Under the pieces are notes generated by a model, which worked only from the letters and a program-made list of their open reading frames with translations, had not been told where the DNA came from and ran no database searches. A program made the translations under genes and the position numbers. This document shows positions 26,626 through 35,855 of a stretch of 58,707 bases of DNA, in pieces; the first letter of the stretch is position 1, and each line of letters starts with the position of its first letter. The stretch lies in assembly GCA_964515375.1 (NCBI GenBank), contig CAZERF010000001.1, positions 181,243-239,949 of the forward strand, in the 5' to 3' direction. This DNA comes from an uncultured Candidatus Saccharibacteria bacterium (GTDB lineage Bacteria > Patescibacteriota > Minisyncoccia > Phycocordibacterales > UBA6899).

Positions 26626-27396
26626 TCAACGAAATATCTTCGGAAACATCGCGGGGGTTTCCTCGGCGTAGGCGATAAATTCGGGGTCGCTTTTCATACG
26701 CGCTTCCGCAAGCGGAACTCCGGAGACAAAGCGCAGAAGAAGCGTGATCGTGAGGGGTCCCACGATCGCCACATACCAGAGCGGCCCGAACGAGACGAGC
26801 CCGATTCCCCACCAGAGCAGCGCCTCACCAAAATAATTGGGGTGACGCGAATATGCCCAGAGCCCCGTTCGCATGACACGACCTCCCCTCTCCCCTTCGG
26901 GTCGAGCGAGAAAGCGCGCGAGCTCTCGATCGGCGATGATCTCGATCGAAAGACCGATGACCCACAAGAGAACGCCCAGTGTGTTCACGACACCCCATGC
27001 ACTCTCTTGCCACGGGAGCACAAGAATAGGGAGCGCGACAACGAGGAGTACCGCACCCTGAAGGAGAAAGACCTTGAGCCAAGAAAAGAGCGCGACATGG
27101 GTACCCCATCCCTTGCGCCATGCGTGGTAGCGCGGATCTTCTTCTTTCTTCGTGAGGAATCGACGCCCGATGTGCGACGCGAGTCTCCCGCTCCACAGAA
27201 GGATAAGGAGAAAGAGCACAAGAGAGGAGAATGACGGCGCGAGGATGAGCCCGACAAGCGCAACGAGAAAGAATCCGACACCCCAGAGCACGTCGGCAAT
27301 ATCGTTGCGTGAGCGCGCGAGGGCGAAGAGAAAGCCCGCATGCATGAGAAGAAAGACCGCACTGACCTGTGCCACGAGTACAACAAGTGGACTCAT
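26626..27396 (-). CDS. DUF1295 (steroid 5-alpha-reductase-like) membrane protein
   Basis: [51 protein letters not shown]. Confidence 0.9.
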   Translation of the reverse strand: MSPLVVLVAQVSAVFLLMHAGFLFALARSRNDIADVLWGVGFFLVALVGLILAPSFSSLVLFLLILLWSGRLASHIGRRFLTKKEEDPRYHAWRKGWGTHVALFSWLKVFLLQGAVLLVVALPILVLPWQESAWGVVNTLGVLLWVIGLSIEIIADRELARFLARPEGERGGRVMRTGLWAYSRHPNYFGEALLWWGIGLVSFGPLWYVAIVGPLTITLLLRFVSGVPLAEARMKSDPEFIAYAEETPAMFPKIFR

Positions 27397-27800
27397 AGAG
27401 AAAAGAAGTATCGCGCGGCGAAGAACGTCGCGACAGAAACCGAAGCGGAGAGGGTTACACCCCAAATGATATCGATCACCGCGATCGTCCACGGATAATC
27501 CTTGAGCACGGCAAGGTTGGTGAGGTCGAAGGTCATGTAGGTAAAGAAGCCAAACAGCGCGCCGTAGAGGAGTGCGTATGAGAAAGAGTCACCCTTGATG
27601 GCGGGGAGTATCGCGAAGAGCACAAGACCGACAACAAAAAGAAGATAAAAAAGGAAAGCGACCGGCCAGTTTGGCGTCGAGAGCATCAAATGCCCCATCT
27701 GACGCTGGTAAAGTCCTTTCGCGACAACACCGAGCCACAAAAGGTCGATAAGCAAAAAGATCGGCACCGCGACACAATAGATCTTGAAAAAGAGAAGCAT
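27393..27800 (-). CDS. DUF2177 family membrane protein
   Basis: [46 protein letters not shown]; overlaps the DUF1295 start. Confidence 0.85.
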   Translation of the reverse strand: MLLFFKIYCVAVPIFLLIDLLWLGVVAKGLYQRQMGHLMLSTPNWPVAFLFYLLFVVGLVLFAILPAIKGDSFSYALLYGALFGFFTYMTFDLTNLAVLKDYPWTIAVIDIIWGVTLSASVSVATFFAARYFFSL

Positions 27801-27897
27801 AAAGAAAGAAATAGGGTAATAAAGCGCACAAGACATGCGATAGAGATGAGACGCGTCTCTTTCTCATTGTAGAGAGAAAGAGAGGGAAAGAAAAGGA

Positions 27898-28503
27898 CTA
27901 TTTTCGTGAAAGGAGCATCGCGATGTGTTCCCCGATCATCTTCTTGGTCTCGAGATCAGGAGCGAGCATTTCGGTCTGTAGATAGCTCATGAAGGCGGCG
28001 TCGACATCACCATTCTCTTCTTCGAGCATCGCCCGCAAATAAAGCGCGACTTCGTGTTGAGAAGGATCAGCAACGCGAAGAGCGGTCTCGAGTATCCGGA
28101 AGGCTCCCTTTTTATCGTTCATGCGATGCGCGGCGATCGCGGCACCACACCACGGCGCGATACGGCTCGGAGATAATTTTGCAGATCGACAATACGAAAC
28201 AAGGGCGCGAGAATAATTGCCGGTGAGAAGGAGACTCTCTCCCAACATCTCCCATACCGGATAAAAAACAGGAACTTTTTCGACGACTTCCTGAAAGCAC
28301 ACGATCGCCCCCTCGTGGTCAGCGCGCCGCGAAAGGATCCTCCCACGAAAGACACGCGCCATCTCAGGAGGATTCTCTTCTCCCTCGAGGATCGCATCGC
28401 ACTTCGCAAGACAAGAATCAAAACGCCCCGAAGACCAGTCCTCCATGATATCAGGCGGAAGATCGCCTAGCGGACGCAAGAGTACTTCGGGGTCCTCGCT
28501 CAT
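27898..28503 (-). CDS. TPR-repeat protein
   Basis: Repeated helical pairs: RGRILSRRADHEGAIVCF, WEMLGESLLLTGNYSRALVSY, APWCGAAIAAHRMND. Confidence 0.75.
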   Translation of the reverse strand: MSEDPEVLLRPLGDLPPDIMEDWSSGRFDSCLAKCDAILEGEENPPEMARVFRGRILSRRADHEGAIVCFQEVVEKVPVFYPVWEMLGESLLLTGNYSRALVSYCRSAKLSPSRIAPWCGAAIAAHRMNDKKGAFRILETALRVADPSQHEVALYLRAMLEEENGDVDAAFMSYLQTEMLAPDLETKKMIGEHIAMLLSRK

Positions 28504-28562
28504 TCATTTTATTATACACCTCGATCAGGCGAGAAAAGCGGGCAAATAAGGGGTGATGTGGA

Positions 28563-29144
28563 TTAGTGCTCCCTTCCACCGACAGTCGACCTGCGTCTCC
28601 ATGTGAGACCGAGCACTTCTTCTCCATACTGCGCGAGACGAAAAGCGGTCGTATCGTCGAGAAAGAGTATTCGCGCCAAGAGTTCGGGTTCGCAACGACC
28701 GTTGTATTTCTTTGCGACAACCTTCATCTGCCCCACAATCTCCATGAATGTTGCCATCGGTTTCCCGTGTTCAAAAGAAAAATCTTCTTTGATACGAATG
28801 ATCTTGCGCTTGGCGAGTTCAAGCATGAGCAATTGTCCTCTTCGATCGCCAACATCAAGACGCGCGCACATTTGCGCAAGCGAGGGGTGCGGGTTGTTAC
28901 GCACATATCGTCGCGCAGAGCGGATCCAATGCGTGCTGACCCGCGCTTCAACGAGATATGTATCAGAAAGAAAATCATGAATGACCTCTGCTTCATGATA
29001 AGAGATCCGAAGCGCGTTCTGGATATCGATCACCGTACATTTCTTCTTGAACCGCGCGGCAACCATGCAGGCGGCGAAAATGACCTTCTGGATCTTGTCA
29101 TCGCTCCAATGTTCACGAAGATCGCTGATACGCGCCATATCCAC
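28563..29144 (-). CDS. Stand-alone protein with tandem FtsK-gamma-like winged helices
   Basis: TVIDIQNALRISYHEAEVIHDFL and SLAQMCARLDVGDRRGQLLMLELAKRKII resemble the FtsK-gamma consensus; a third weaker unit follows. Confidence 0.55.
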   Translation of the reverse strand: MDMARISDLREHWSDDKIQKVIFAACMVAARFKKKCTVIDIQNALRISYHEAEVIHDFLSDTYLVEARVSTHWIRSARRYVRNNPHPSLAQMCARLDVGDRRGQLLMLELAKRKIIRIKEDFSFEHGKPMATFMEIVGQMKVVAKKYNGRCEPELLARILFLDDTTAFRLAQYGEEVLGLTWRRRSTVGGREH

Positions 29145-29246
29145 ACATTATAGCAAAAAAGTTGTGAAAAAGTGCGCCGAAAGGGTCTTTGTGGTTGAGC
29201 CGTATTTTGCACAAAAGTGCGCGGATGAAGGGGAGAGAAGAAAGGT

Positions 29247-29996
29247 TTAAGATTCCACCTCCCTACGCGCGGCCACATACGCGCAATGATCACACTCCTC
29301 TCCTTGTTCGGGAATCTCATCTGACTCGAGGCACGCCTTGATCTTGTGCAGGGTTCCCTCTACCCAATCCGCGTTGCCTTCATAAGGAATGAGCTTCACA
29401 TCAAAGTCGATCCGCGAGTCAAACGCTTCGCGGTCCATTCGCCCCGTGCAATAGACGAAGTACCCGGTATTTGAAACCGGGAGTCCCTGCGCGCGCACGA
29501 GCCACTGATAGACCTCCATCTGTCGCTTGTACCCGTCTTGCCAGTCCTGATCAAGCGCCTCGACCGGTTCGGGCTTGGCGGTGGATTTGTAGTCAACGAT
29601 ATAGTACCAACCCTCGTCGTCCATCCATAGGTCATCGATCGCCCCGGAGACCAAAAGTCCCGTCGGCTCGTGGAGATACTGCACGCCGGTAAAGTTTTCG
29701 CGCCAAGCATCGAGCTCAGGATGCGGAGCGGGGCGGATCGCGAGGTTGTACTCCTTTTGAAGCGGGTGTTGCTCTCCTTTCGTGCGATGAAGATCGAATT
29801 CTTGTTTCAAAAGATGGTCGACCGCGCTATTGATCGCAAAGGGGAAACCGGGAACACGTTTGACGCCAAGCTTGTTGTCGATGAAGAAGCAGCGCGGACA
29901 TTCAAGAAAAAGATCGATCTTCGAACGAGAAAGCTTCCAGTTATTCCCTCCATAGTTCCATGCTGCTCCCCTGTTTGCTTTATAAAATTGTGACAT
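29247..29996 (-). CDS. PD-(D/E)xK nuclease, RecB/Cas4-like with four Cys
   Basis: KLSRSKIDLFLECPRCF, GAIDDLW, IVDYKST, RQMEVYQWL, C-terminal CDHCAY. Confidence 0.85.
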   Translation of the reverse strand: MSQFYKANRGAAWNYGGNNWKLSRSKIDLFLECPRCFFIDNKLGVKRVPGFPFAINSAVDHLLKQEFDLHRTKGEQHPLQKEYNLAIRPAPHPELDAWRENFTGVQYLHEPTGLLVSGAIDDLWMDDEGWYYIVDYKSTAKPEPVEALDQDWQDGYKRQMEVYQWLVRAQGLPVSNTGYFVYCTGRMDREAFDSRIDFDVKLIPYEGNADWVEGTLHKIKACLESDEIPEQGEECDHCAYVAARREVES

Positions 29997-30079
29997 AGAA
30001 ATTTGTAGCGTTTAGATATCGATCGTCATTCTCAAAATAGAGATACTCTTCATCATACAAGATTTTCCCTCCTTTGACT

Positions 30080-30373
30080 TCAAACTTCTGTAGCGGGAAC
30101 AGACGCAACGAGTGTTTCTTTTTCTTTGCGTGAAAGGGATTTGATCGCGGACTCACGCCTTGAAGCTTCTGAACGATCGAGACATACTTCGGAATAAACG
30201 ATCCGTTTTGCTCCATGCGCTCGCGTATAGTGGCTCCCTATGCCTTCTTGATGTTCGACAAAACGACGCGAGAGGTCGGTGGTGATACCGGTATAGAAAG
30301 TGTCATCCGAACATTCGAGGATGTACACAAAATAACGAGCATTCTTTTCTTTAATATCGTTCATTGCACTCAA
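30080..30373 (-). CDS. GIY-YIG nuclease (UPF0213/YhbQ-like)
   Basis: YFVYILECSDDTFYTGITTDLSRRFVEHQEGIGSHYTR...EASRRESAIK. Confidence 0.92.
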   Translation of the reverse strand: MSAMNDIKEKNARYFVYILECSDDTFYTGITTDLSRRFVEHQEGIGSHYTRAHGAKRIVYSEVCLDRSEASRRESAIKSLSRKEKETLVASVPATEV

Positions 30374-30645
30374 AAGAAGACCTCAAGCGCCCCCTCACCT
30401 CCATCCCTCTGCTTTGATGGGAGAAAGTGAATGTGGCGCGTCGCAAGGTACGCCTTCGCGACATCACGCAGAACAGCCTTCCCTCCTCCGTGGATCCCCT
30501 TCCCCACCACAAGACGCACATGAGAATGTCCGCGCGCGACAAGACCCGCGAGCACGCGCTCGGCTTCCTTTGCGGTATAACCGTGGAGATCGACGATCTC
30601 GTCGGGGATGCGTTCGTATTTATTCATTGCTTCATCCGCGCGCAA
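30370..30645 (-). CDS. Stand-alone Smr domain protein
   Basis: VDLHGYT, LVVGKGIHG, GGEGALEV; stop overlaps the GIY-YIG start. Confidence 0.9.
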   Translation of the reverse strand: MRADEAMNKYERIPDEIVDLHGYTAKEAERVLAGLVARGHSHVRLVVGKGIHGGGKAVLRDVAKAYLATRHIHFLPSKQRDGGEGALEVFF

Positions 30646-30699
30646 AACGCGCCTCCTTTAGCAAAGCATGAGTCCAAACAACCCGCAACAGAGGATGAG

Positions 30700-32859
30700 T
30701 TATTCTTGGTCAGGATACGGATACCCTGCGGCACTCATCAAGACACTTGCACCAAGCTGTGCGCGATCGAGGAGTCCTGAGTGTGTCGTGGTGGAAGTTG
30801 AAGATTCTTCCTCCTTCCACATCTCACTCATGGGACGAGCGTCAGCCGGAACCTCGATGGCAACCGGGGTGTTGATCTCATCCAAGCCAAAGGACAGAGT
30901 GAACCGCAATTGTTTCCCCGCGAGCTGTTCCGCGGTGTCGGGAGGAACAATGCGCATACTCATTTCAAAACGAACCGGGAATCCTTGCTCATCGACGTAG
31001 AGGATGTATGAGGTATTCGTTGCGAATGCATCGAATATTCCCGCATATTCATCGCCATGGATAAATTCGAGCACCTTCGTCTTGTCTTCTTCGTCCATAT
31101 CCTTTGTGAGCAAAGGGTCAGAAAAAAGCCGATCGAGAACCTTCACGAAGACATCGCGGTCAAGCAAAAGATCATACTGAAAGAGTGTCTTTTCATTTTC
31201 AAGAACCATTGTCGGCTCAGTGCGAAAACGGACAAGTCGTTCCTCTGCGGCGTAAAGAAGGGCAGCACGAAGCGCTTCTCGTGCTTCTTTCCCCTCATCC
31301 TCTTCGAGGGACGATGGCGCGGTCGGCGTTGAGGTCGATTGTGCGGCGGCCGCATTTGCAAACCCTTCAACAAAACCGGAAAGGAATGCGGTGGCAAGGT
31401 CGTTGGGTGTTGTGGACGCATTGGCGATATCGTGAGGGGTCACAACCACCCACGTATTCTTAGGGAACGGCATGAGTGAAAGGATAATTCCGGGAATATT
31501 GCGCACGCGAAGATAGAAATTCTCGTCGACCTTGCGCAGGTCGGCGGCAAGCTTGTAGCTCATGTCGCCGAGTTCGAGATCGGTATCAAAGGATACATCA
31601 AGATCGGGGATCGTACTCGAGCTCGTTTGCTTTGCGACCAAGAACGCAACTCCCATATGTGCCGAAAGTTCGGGAGGAAGGTATTGGGATGACTTTGCCA
31701 TCAACGCAAGAAAGGAGGGTTTCGGCGGAAGGATATTTTGGGGAGTAACATCTTTTGTAAAGGTGATCGTTGTTCCCACGACCGCACCTTCAGGGAGAGG
31801 AGTTTTGCTAAATTCATTCCAAATTTTTACATATCCCGCAACATATTTTTCCGACTCAAAGGTGACCGTCAATTCGAAATTCTGACCATTTTCTGTGGGC
31901 TTATATGCATACGGGGCACCGGATCTTGGGTCACGAAGTTCAGAAATAGAAATATCATCAAGATCATTGAGTGTTTTTGGATACGCAGAAGATGCGGAAC
32001 GAAGATCTGCAAACCGAAACATCGTAGCAGAGAGGGCGATCTTTCTCGCATGCATCATGCGTTTTGTATCACGGTCGATCATGGAGACCCATTCGGTGAC
32101 TTCAGGAGTTGCGAAAGAGACCGCGCCTTCCTCGCGCGGCTCCATGGCCATCGCAAGCGAAAACCGAGTGCGCGCTTCTGTGATCTCACCGACACGCAAC
32201 GCGAGTCCGGTCAGAATATTCGTTTCGGTATAAGGCGCGCGAGGAGCAAAGGGTCCTTTCTTCGCGACAAACAAATACCCGAAAGCACTGACCACCCCAA
32301 GCACGAGCACTCCAATACCGACGAAGGTAAGAATCTTGAAAACGCGCGACCGATCGGAGTGTGTTGTGTCCTGCTCCATGATTTCCGGCGAAACAGGATT
32401 CACGGACGGCGTTTCTGGCTTCTCGACATCTTTGATCTTTGCCCCCTCTGCCTCACTGGCAACAGGTGGCACGCTATGTTGCGAAAGTGCGGAAAGCGGG
32501 GTTTCTTTTGGAACAGAAGGAGCATTGCTCGACGATGCGGGAGTCAAGGAATCGACGGAAACAGAATCAGAGGGAGTTGTAGCAGCAGGTTTCGCCTCGA
32601 CGAGCGCGGAGGGGTCGAGCGCATCAGGAGACGTTGTCTTTTCTTGAGTATGTTGCTCGAGATGTGTTTCTCCCGACGTCGACGGAGACACTGCAATAGG
32701 AGGAGGGACTGGGAGTAGCTTCGAGAAGACCTCTTCGATATCGTCTTGGTTCCACCCCGACTGCACCAAGACCACGTTGAGCTGCTCTTTCGTATACCCT
32801 GCTTTCAATTGCTCGCTCACGTACGCGCACAACGCCGAAATATCTTGTTCTGAGGTCAT
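30700..32859 (-). CDS. Large membrane protein: CPR N-terminal domain, P/S/T linker, TM, pseudopilin-like module, beta-rich C-terminal domain
   Basis: YVSEQLKAGYTKEQL...SGW start; low-complexity linker; TM ILTFVGIGVLVLGVVSAFGYLFV; YPKTLNDL...DPRSGAPYAY...FELTVTFES. Confidence 0.65.
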   Translation of the reverse strand: MTSEQDISALCAYVSEQLKAGYTKEQLNVVLVQSGWNQDDIEEVFSKLLPVPPPIAVSPSTSGETHLEQHTQEKTTSPDALDPSALVEAKPAATTPSDSVSVDSLTPASSSNAPSVPKETPLSALSQHSVPPVASEAEGAKIKDVEKPETPSVNPVSPEIMEQDTTHSDRSRVFKILTFVGIGVLVLGVVSAFGYLFVAKKGPFAPRAPYTETNILTGLALRVGEITEARTRFSLAMAMEPREEGAVSFATPEVTEWVSMIDRDTKRMMHARKIALSATMFRFADLRSASSAYPKTLNDLDDISISELRDPRSGAPYAYKPTENGQNFELTVTFESEKYVAGYVKIWNEFSKTPLPEGAVVGTTITFTKDVTPQNILPPKPSFLALMAKSSQYLPPELSAHMGVAFLVAKQTSSSTIPDLDVSFDTDLELGDMSYKLAADLRKVDENFYLRVRNIPGIILSLMPFPKNTWVVVTPHDIANASTTPNDLATAFLSGFVEGFANAAAAQSTSTPTAPSSLEEDEGKEAREALRAALLYAAEERLVRFRTEPTMVLENEKTLFQYDLLLDRDVFVKVLDRLFSDPLLTKDMDEEDKTKVLEFIHGDEYAGIFDAFATNTSYILYVDEQGFPVRFEMSMRIVPPDTAEQLAGKQLRFTLSFGLDEINTPVAIEVPADARPMSEMWKEEESSTSTTTHSGLLDRAQLGASVLMSAAGYPYPDQE

Positions 32860-32938
32860 ATAAACCCCATTATATCGTTCTCATGAACAACATGCGATGT
32901 AGTTATGCACAAATTTCCGCATTAAAGAGTCAAACTTT

Positions 32939-33607
32939 TTATCGCGCTAGAGAGAGGTGAGTTTCAGTCGCGGGTCGAATGACAATAAAACGCTTCTTCC
33001 ACGCGGCAAGAAACTCGGCTTCACTCACCACTCCACTCTTCTTTCCCGCGGGGTCATTGTGATAAACCTTGCCGTCCGCGATGCCGTTGATCACCGCGAG
33101 GTGCGGGATCGTGCTCTTGGGGTCAAACTTGTAATGCACGGAAACCATGACCGGTCCGTCGGCGAGATGGCGTTTGAGAGTTGCGTACGCAGCAGACTTG
33201 CTCTCCCCTGAAAGGTCGTAGTTGTTCCCGTCGAGACCGTAGCGACGCGAAAGGTTTACCAGATCGCGATGCTTCCATCCCGCATTCGGAAGAAAAGCAC
33301 CGGCATCGATACCCTGGGCAAGGAGCTCGTCGACAGTCACCGCTCCCGGCTCGTAATATTCGATCAGCATCGCGAGACTTGCGATACCGCATCCGACGCC
33401 TCGCCATTTGGGGGACGAAATGTCCGCAAACTGAGAATAAAAGGGCACCACGGGTACCACGGACGGCACAACGGTTCCGGGAGCGATCTTTTGCGGGCGA
33501 ACCGAAGTAAGGCGCTCTTCTTGAACAATACGCGGTGCAAATGTTTGCGCGGGTGGCGGGGGTGGTGTCGGGGTAAACCAGAACGAAAAAGGAAACATGA
33601 GGAACAT
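32939..33607 (-). CDS. C39-like cysteine peptidase
   Basis: VPFYSQF...GCGIASLAM (Gln/Cys), PHLAVING (His), NDP. Confidence 0.88.
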   Translation of the reverse strand: MFLMFPFSFWFTPTPPPPPAQTFAPRIVQEERLTSVRPQKIAPGTVVPSVVPVVPFYSQFADISSPKWRGVGCGIASLAMLIEYYEPGAVTVDELLAQGIDAGAFLPNAGWKHRDLVNLSRRYGLDGNNYDLSGESKSAAYATLKRHLADGPVMVSVHYKFDPKSTIPHLAVINGIADGKVYHNDPAGKKSGVVSEAEFLAAWKKRFIVIRPATETHLSLAR

Positions 33608-33662
33608 CCTTCCAGAAGAATGTCAAAAAGGCAAGACAAAAAGGGTGTTGTCAAAAATTTTA

Positions 33663-34589
33663 CTACGTGCGAACAAAGACGGTAGTTCCCATGTCTGCCC
33701 AAAAATAGAGTTCTTTTGCCTTTTCGGGGGGAAGATTCACGCACCCACGAGACCATCTTTTTCCGAATTTGTCATGCCAATACGCTCCGTGGATGACAGC
33801 TCCCTCGTGAGTAAAGTAGAGATTCCACGGTACGCCGGGAAGATCATAATATTGTTCGGTGATCCCGGGAATCGGTCCTTGCATGTAACGACTCGGCATT
33901 TTCTTGAACACAACAAAAGAACCACGAGGTGTGGGACTGACCGTAAGTCCCGTGGAAACACGCTCTTCCATAAAAAGCTCTTCCCCTTCATACGCATAGA
34001 GCATCTGGTCGGAAATATCAACGACGACCCGTTTGCTGGTCGACGCGCGCTCGTCACGCGCAAGCTCTCGATCTCCGGCGTCATAAAACTCACGCGCAAA
34101 CTGTCCTGAAACATACCATGTCCCCACGACCCGATCAGGATGACGCAGGTAGGTGTCTTGGCGTATGGCATACCACACCTCTCCGTCACGTTCGACCTTT
34201 TCCTTGACTCGCAAGATGATCCCGCTTCGAAGCTTCAGCACCGAGGGCGAGGTTGTGCTTGGTCCGGAGCGAAGATTCACACATTCCCCCTCGTGGTATG
34301 GTCCACACGTGTCGATGATCTCGATGAAAAGCTCACCCTTCTGGGCCGACTCGAGCAATGCGAGCTCGTCATGAACGATCGTGGTTGACGCAAGAGTACT
34401 TGAAGCCAAAGAGAGGTCGGGTTCAACTATTTCTGAAACAACCGGATCAGAAGGAAGCGCAATCGCTTTGCTATCCTCCACGCGCGAAGGAAAAAGAAAT
34501 GAAGCAAGAAGAAACCCTCCAACGAGTGCAAAAAGAAAGAAAACGAGATGTGTGGCAATTCCGGGTCCCTTTTTATTCATCCCCTTCAT
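33663..34589 (-). CDS. L,D-transpeptidase (YkuD) with SH3b-like domain
   Basis: N-terminal TM; CVNLRSGPST; VDISDQMLYAYEG, TPRGSF, IHGAYWH, SRGCVNL. Confidence 0.92.
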   Translation of the reverse strand: MKGMNKKGPGIATHLVFFLFALVGGFLLASFLFPSRVEDSKAIALPSDPVVSEIVEPDLSLASSTLASTTIVHDELALLESAQKGELFIEIIDTCGPYHEGECVNLRSGPSTTSPSVLKLRSGIILRVKEKVERDGEVWYAIRQDTYLRHPDRVVGTWYVSGQFAREFYDAGDRELARDERASTSKRVVVDISDQMLYAYEGEELFMEERVSTGLTVSPTPRGSFVVFKKMPSRYMQGPIPGITEQYYDLPGVPWNLYFTHEGAVIHGAYWHDKFGKRWSRGCVNLPPEKAKELYFWADMGTTVFVRT

Positions 34590-34668
34590 TGTAGTGAATA
34601 CGGAGCGGTTCGACAAACGAACAAGCGCAACCTTCCGGTGTGCGCTTGAATAAACAAAAAACGGTGTC

Positions 34669-34914
34669 TTACTTCTTGGATTCTTCGGCTTCAGCCATGA
34701 GCTTCTGGACTCGATCCTTGTATTCTTCCATGACCGACATGGTTGCCTTCATTTGATCCATTCCGGAGTCCATCTTGGTCTTGATCTTCATGGCGATCTC
34801 CTGAAAAAGTTCCGGGTTTTTGGTTACAACATGAATGATCTTGTCTTGCTCTTCCTTAGGGAGCGCTCCGAGTTTAGACTGAAGCAATTTGCGCATCAAG
34901 AGTTCTTTGAACAT
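34669..34914 (-). CDS. Small conserved Parcubacteria-type helical protein
   Basis: MFKELLMRKLLQSKL...NPELFQEIA...GMDQMKATMSVM; Met/Lys-rich. Confidence 0.7.
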   Translation of the reverse strand: MFKELLMRKLLQSKLGALPKEEQDKIIHVVTKNPELFQEIAMKIKTKMDSGMDQMKATMSVMEEYKDRVQKLMAEAEESKK

Positions 34915-34993
34915 ATGTTTGGGTGAAATAATTAATGAGGTAAATAAATCCACTCCGCGAGAAGGAACTTCTCGGGAGCTGCGAAAAACGATA

Positions 34994-35383
34994 CTATGCG
35001 ATACCGAGTCTGGTCTTGATCTTTACGACCACATCCTCGATATTCCAGTCGGACTTCACAAGAAAATCATAGGAACCGGCTTCGGTCGCCATGGCAACCT
35101 TCTCCGGATCATTGATGTTGGTAAGCAAAATGACTGCGGCTTTTTTTCCGTATTCCTGGTCTTCGCGCAACTTCTCAAGCATTGTAAGTCCGTCCATGAT
35201 CGGCATCATAAGATCGAGCAAAATGATATCCGGGCGCTCCTTAAGCGCAAGATCAAGACCCTCCTGCCCGTTCTTCGCCTGAAATACATCGAACCCTTCA
35301 AAAGAAAGGATGTCTGAGACCGCATTACGCAGAGGGGTCTCATCCTCGACGATCAATACCTTTTTGTTCAATCTCTCTGGCAT
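34994..35383 (-). CDS. Single-domain response regulator
   Basis: VLIVEDE, ILLDLMMPIMDG, LLTN, FLVK. Confidence 0.95.
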   Translation of the reverse strand: MPERLNKKVLIVEDETPLRNAVSDILSFEGFDVFQAKNGQEGLDLALKERPDIILLDLMMPIMDGLTMLEKLREDQEYGKKAAVILLTNINDPEKVAMATEAGSYDFLVKSDWNIEDVVVKIKTRLGIA

Positions 35384-35392
35384 AATGATAGG

Positions 35393-35791
35393 TTAATTTT
35401 GTTCTTGATCAAATGAATACTCGATGTCATTAATGATCTGATTAATGTCGTAGTCGGCCTTCGTGTAATAGTTGTTCACGCCAAGCTGGAGATAAGAACG
35501 AATATTACTGGTCGACGCGGTATTGGAGACAACAAAGACCGGTATCGAGCGCCACTCGGGATTACTCTTGAGCTCCACTACAAAATCAAGCCCATTGCCG
35601 GCTCCAAGGAGATAGTGATCAAGCCAGACGACATCGACGTGGCCAAGGTTCTTAAGCTCCCTGAGCCCGTCTTCAACCGTTGCGACGATGATAGGGTTGA
35701 ACCCTCGCTCGGTAAAGGCCTCTCGCACCGCGCGCGCAAGTTGTCGCTCGTCTTCCAGTACAAGTATTGTTCGTTTTTTCTTTTCGTCCAT
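35393..35791 (-). CDS. Single-domain response regulator
   Basis: ILVLEDE, VWLDHYL, VVSNT, YYTKAD. Confidence 0.9.
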   Translation of the reverse strand: MDEKKKRTILVLEDERQLARAVREAFTERGFNPIIVATVEDGLRELKNLGHVDVVWLDHYLLGAGNGLDFVVELKSNPEWRSIPVFVVSNTASTSNIRSYLQLGVNNYYTKADYDINQIINDIEYSFDQEQN

Positions 35792-35855
35792 GATGTTCCT
35801 ATCCTAGCATTTTTTGTGTTTACGCAATAGTACCCCAAGTGCACAAAAAAGTGCT

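Noticed and set aside
29247-29996. Cas4-like gene as a sign of CRISPR-Cas
   Set aside because: No repeat-spacer array and no cas1/cas2 or effector genes were seen anywhere in the window.
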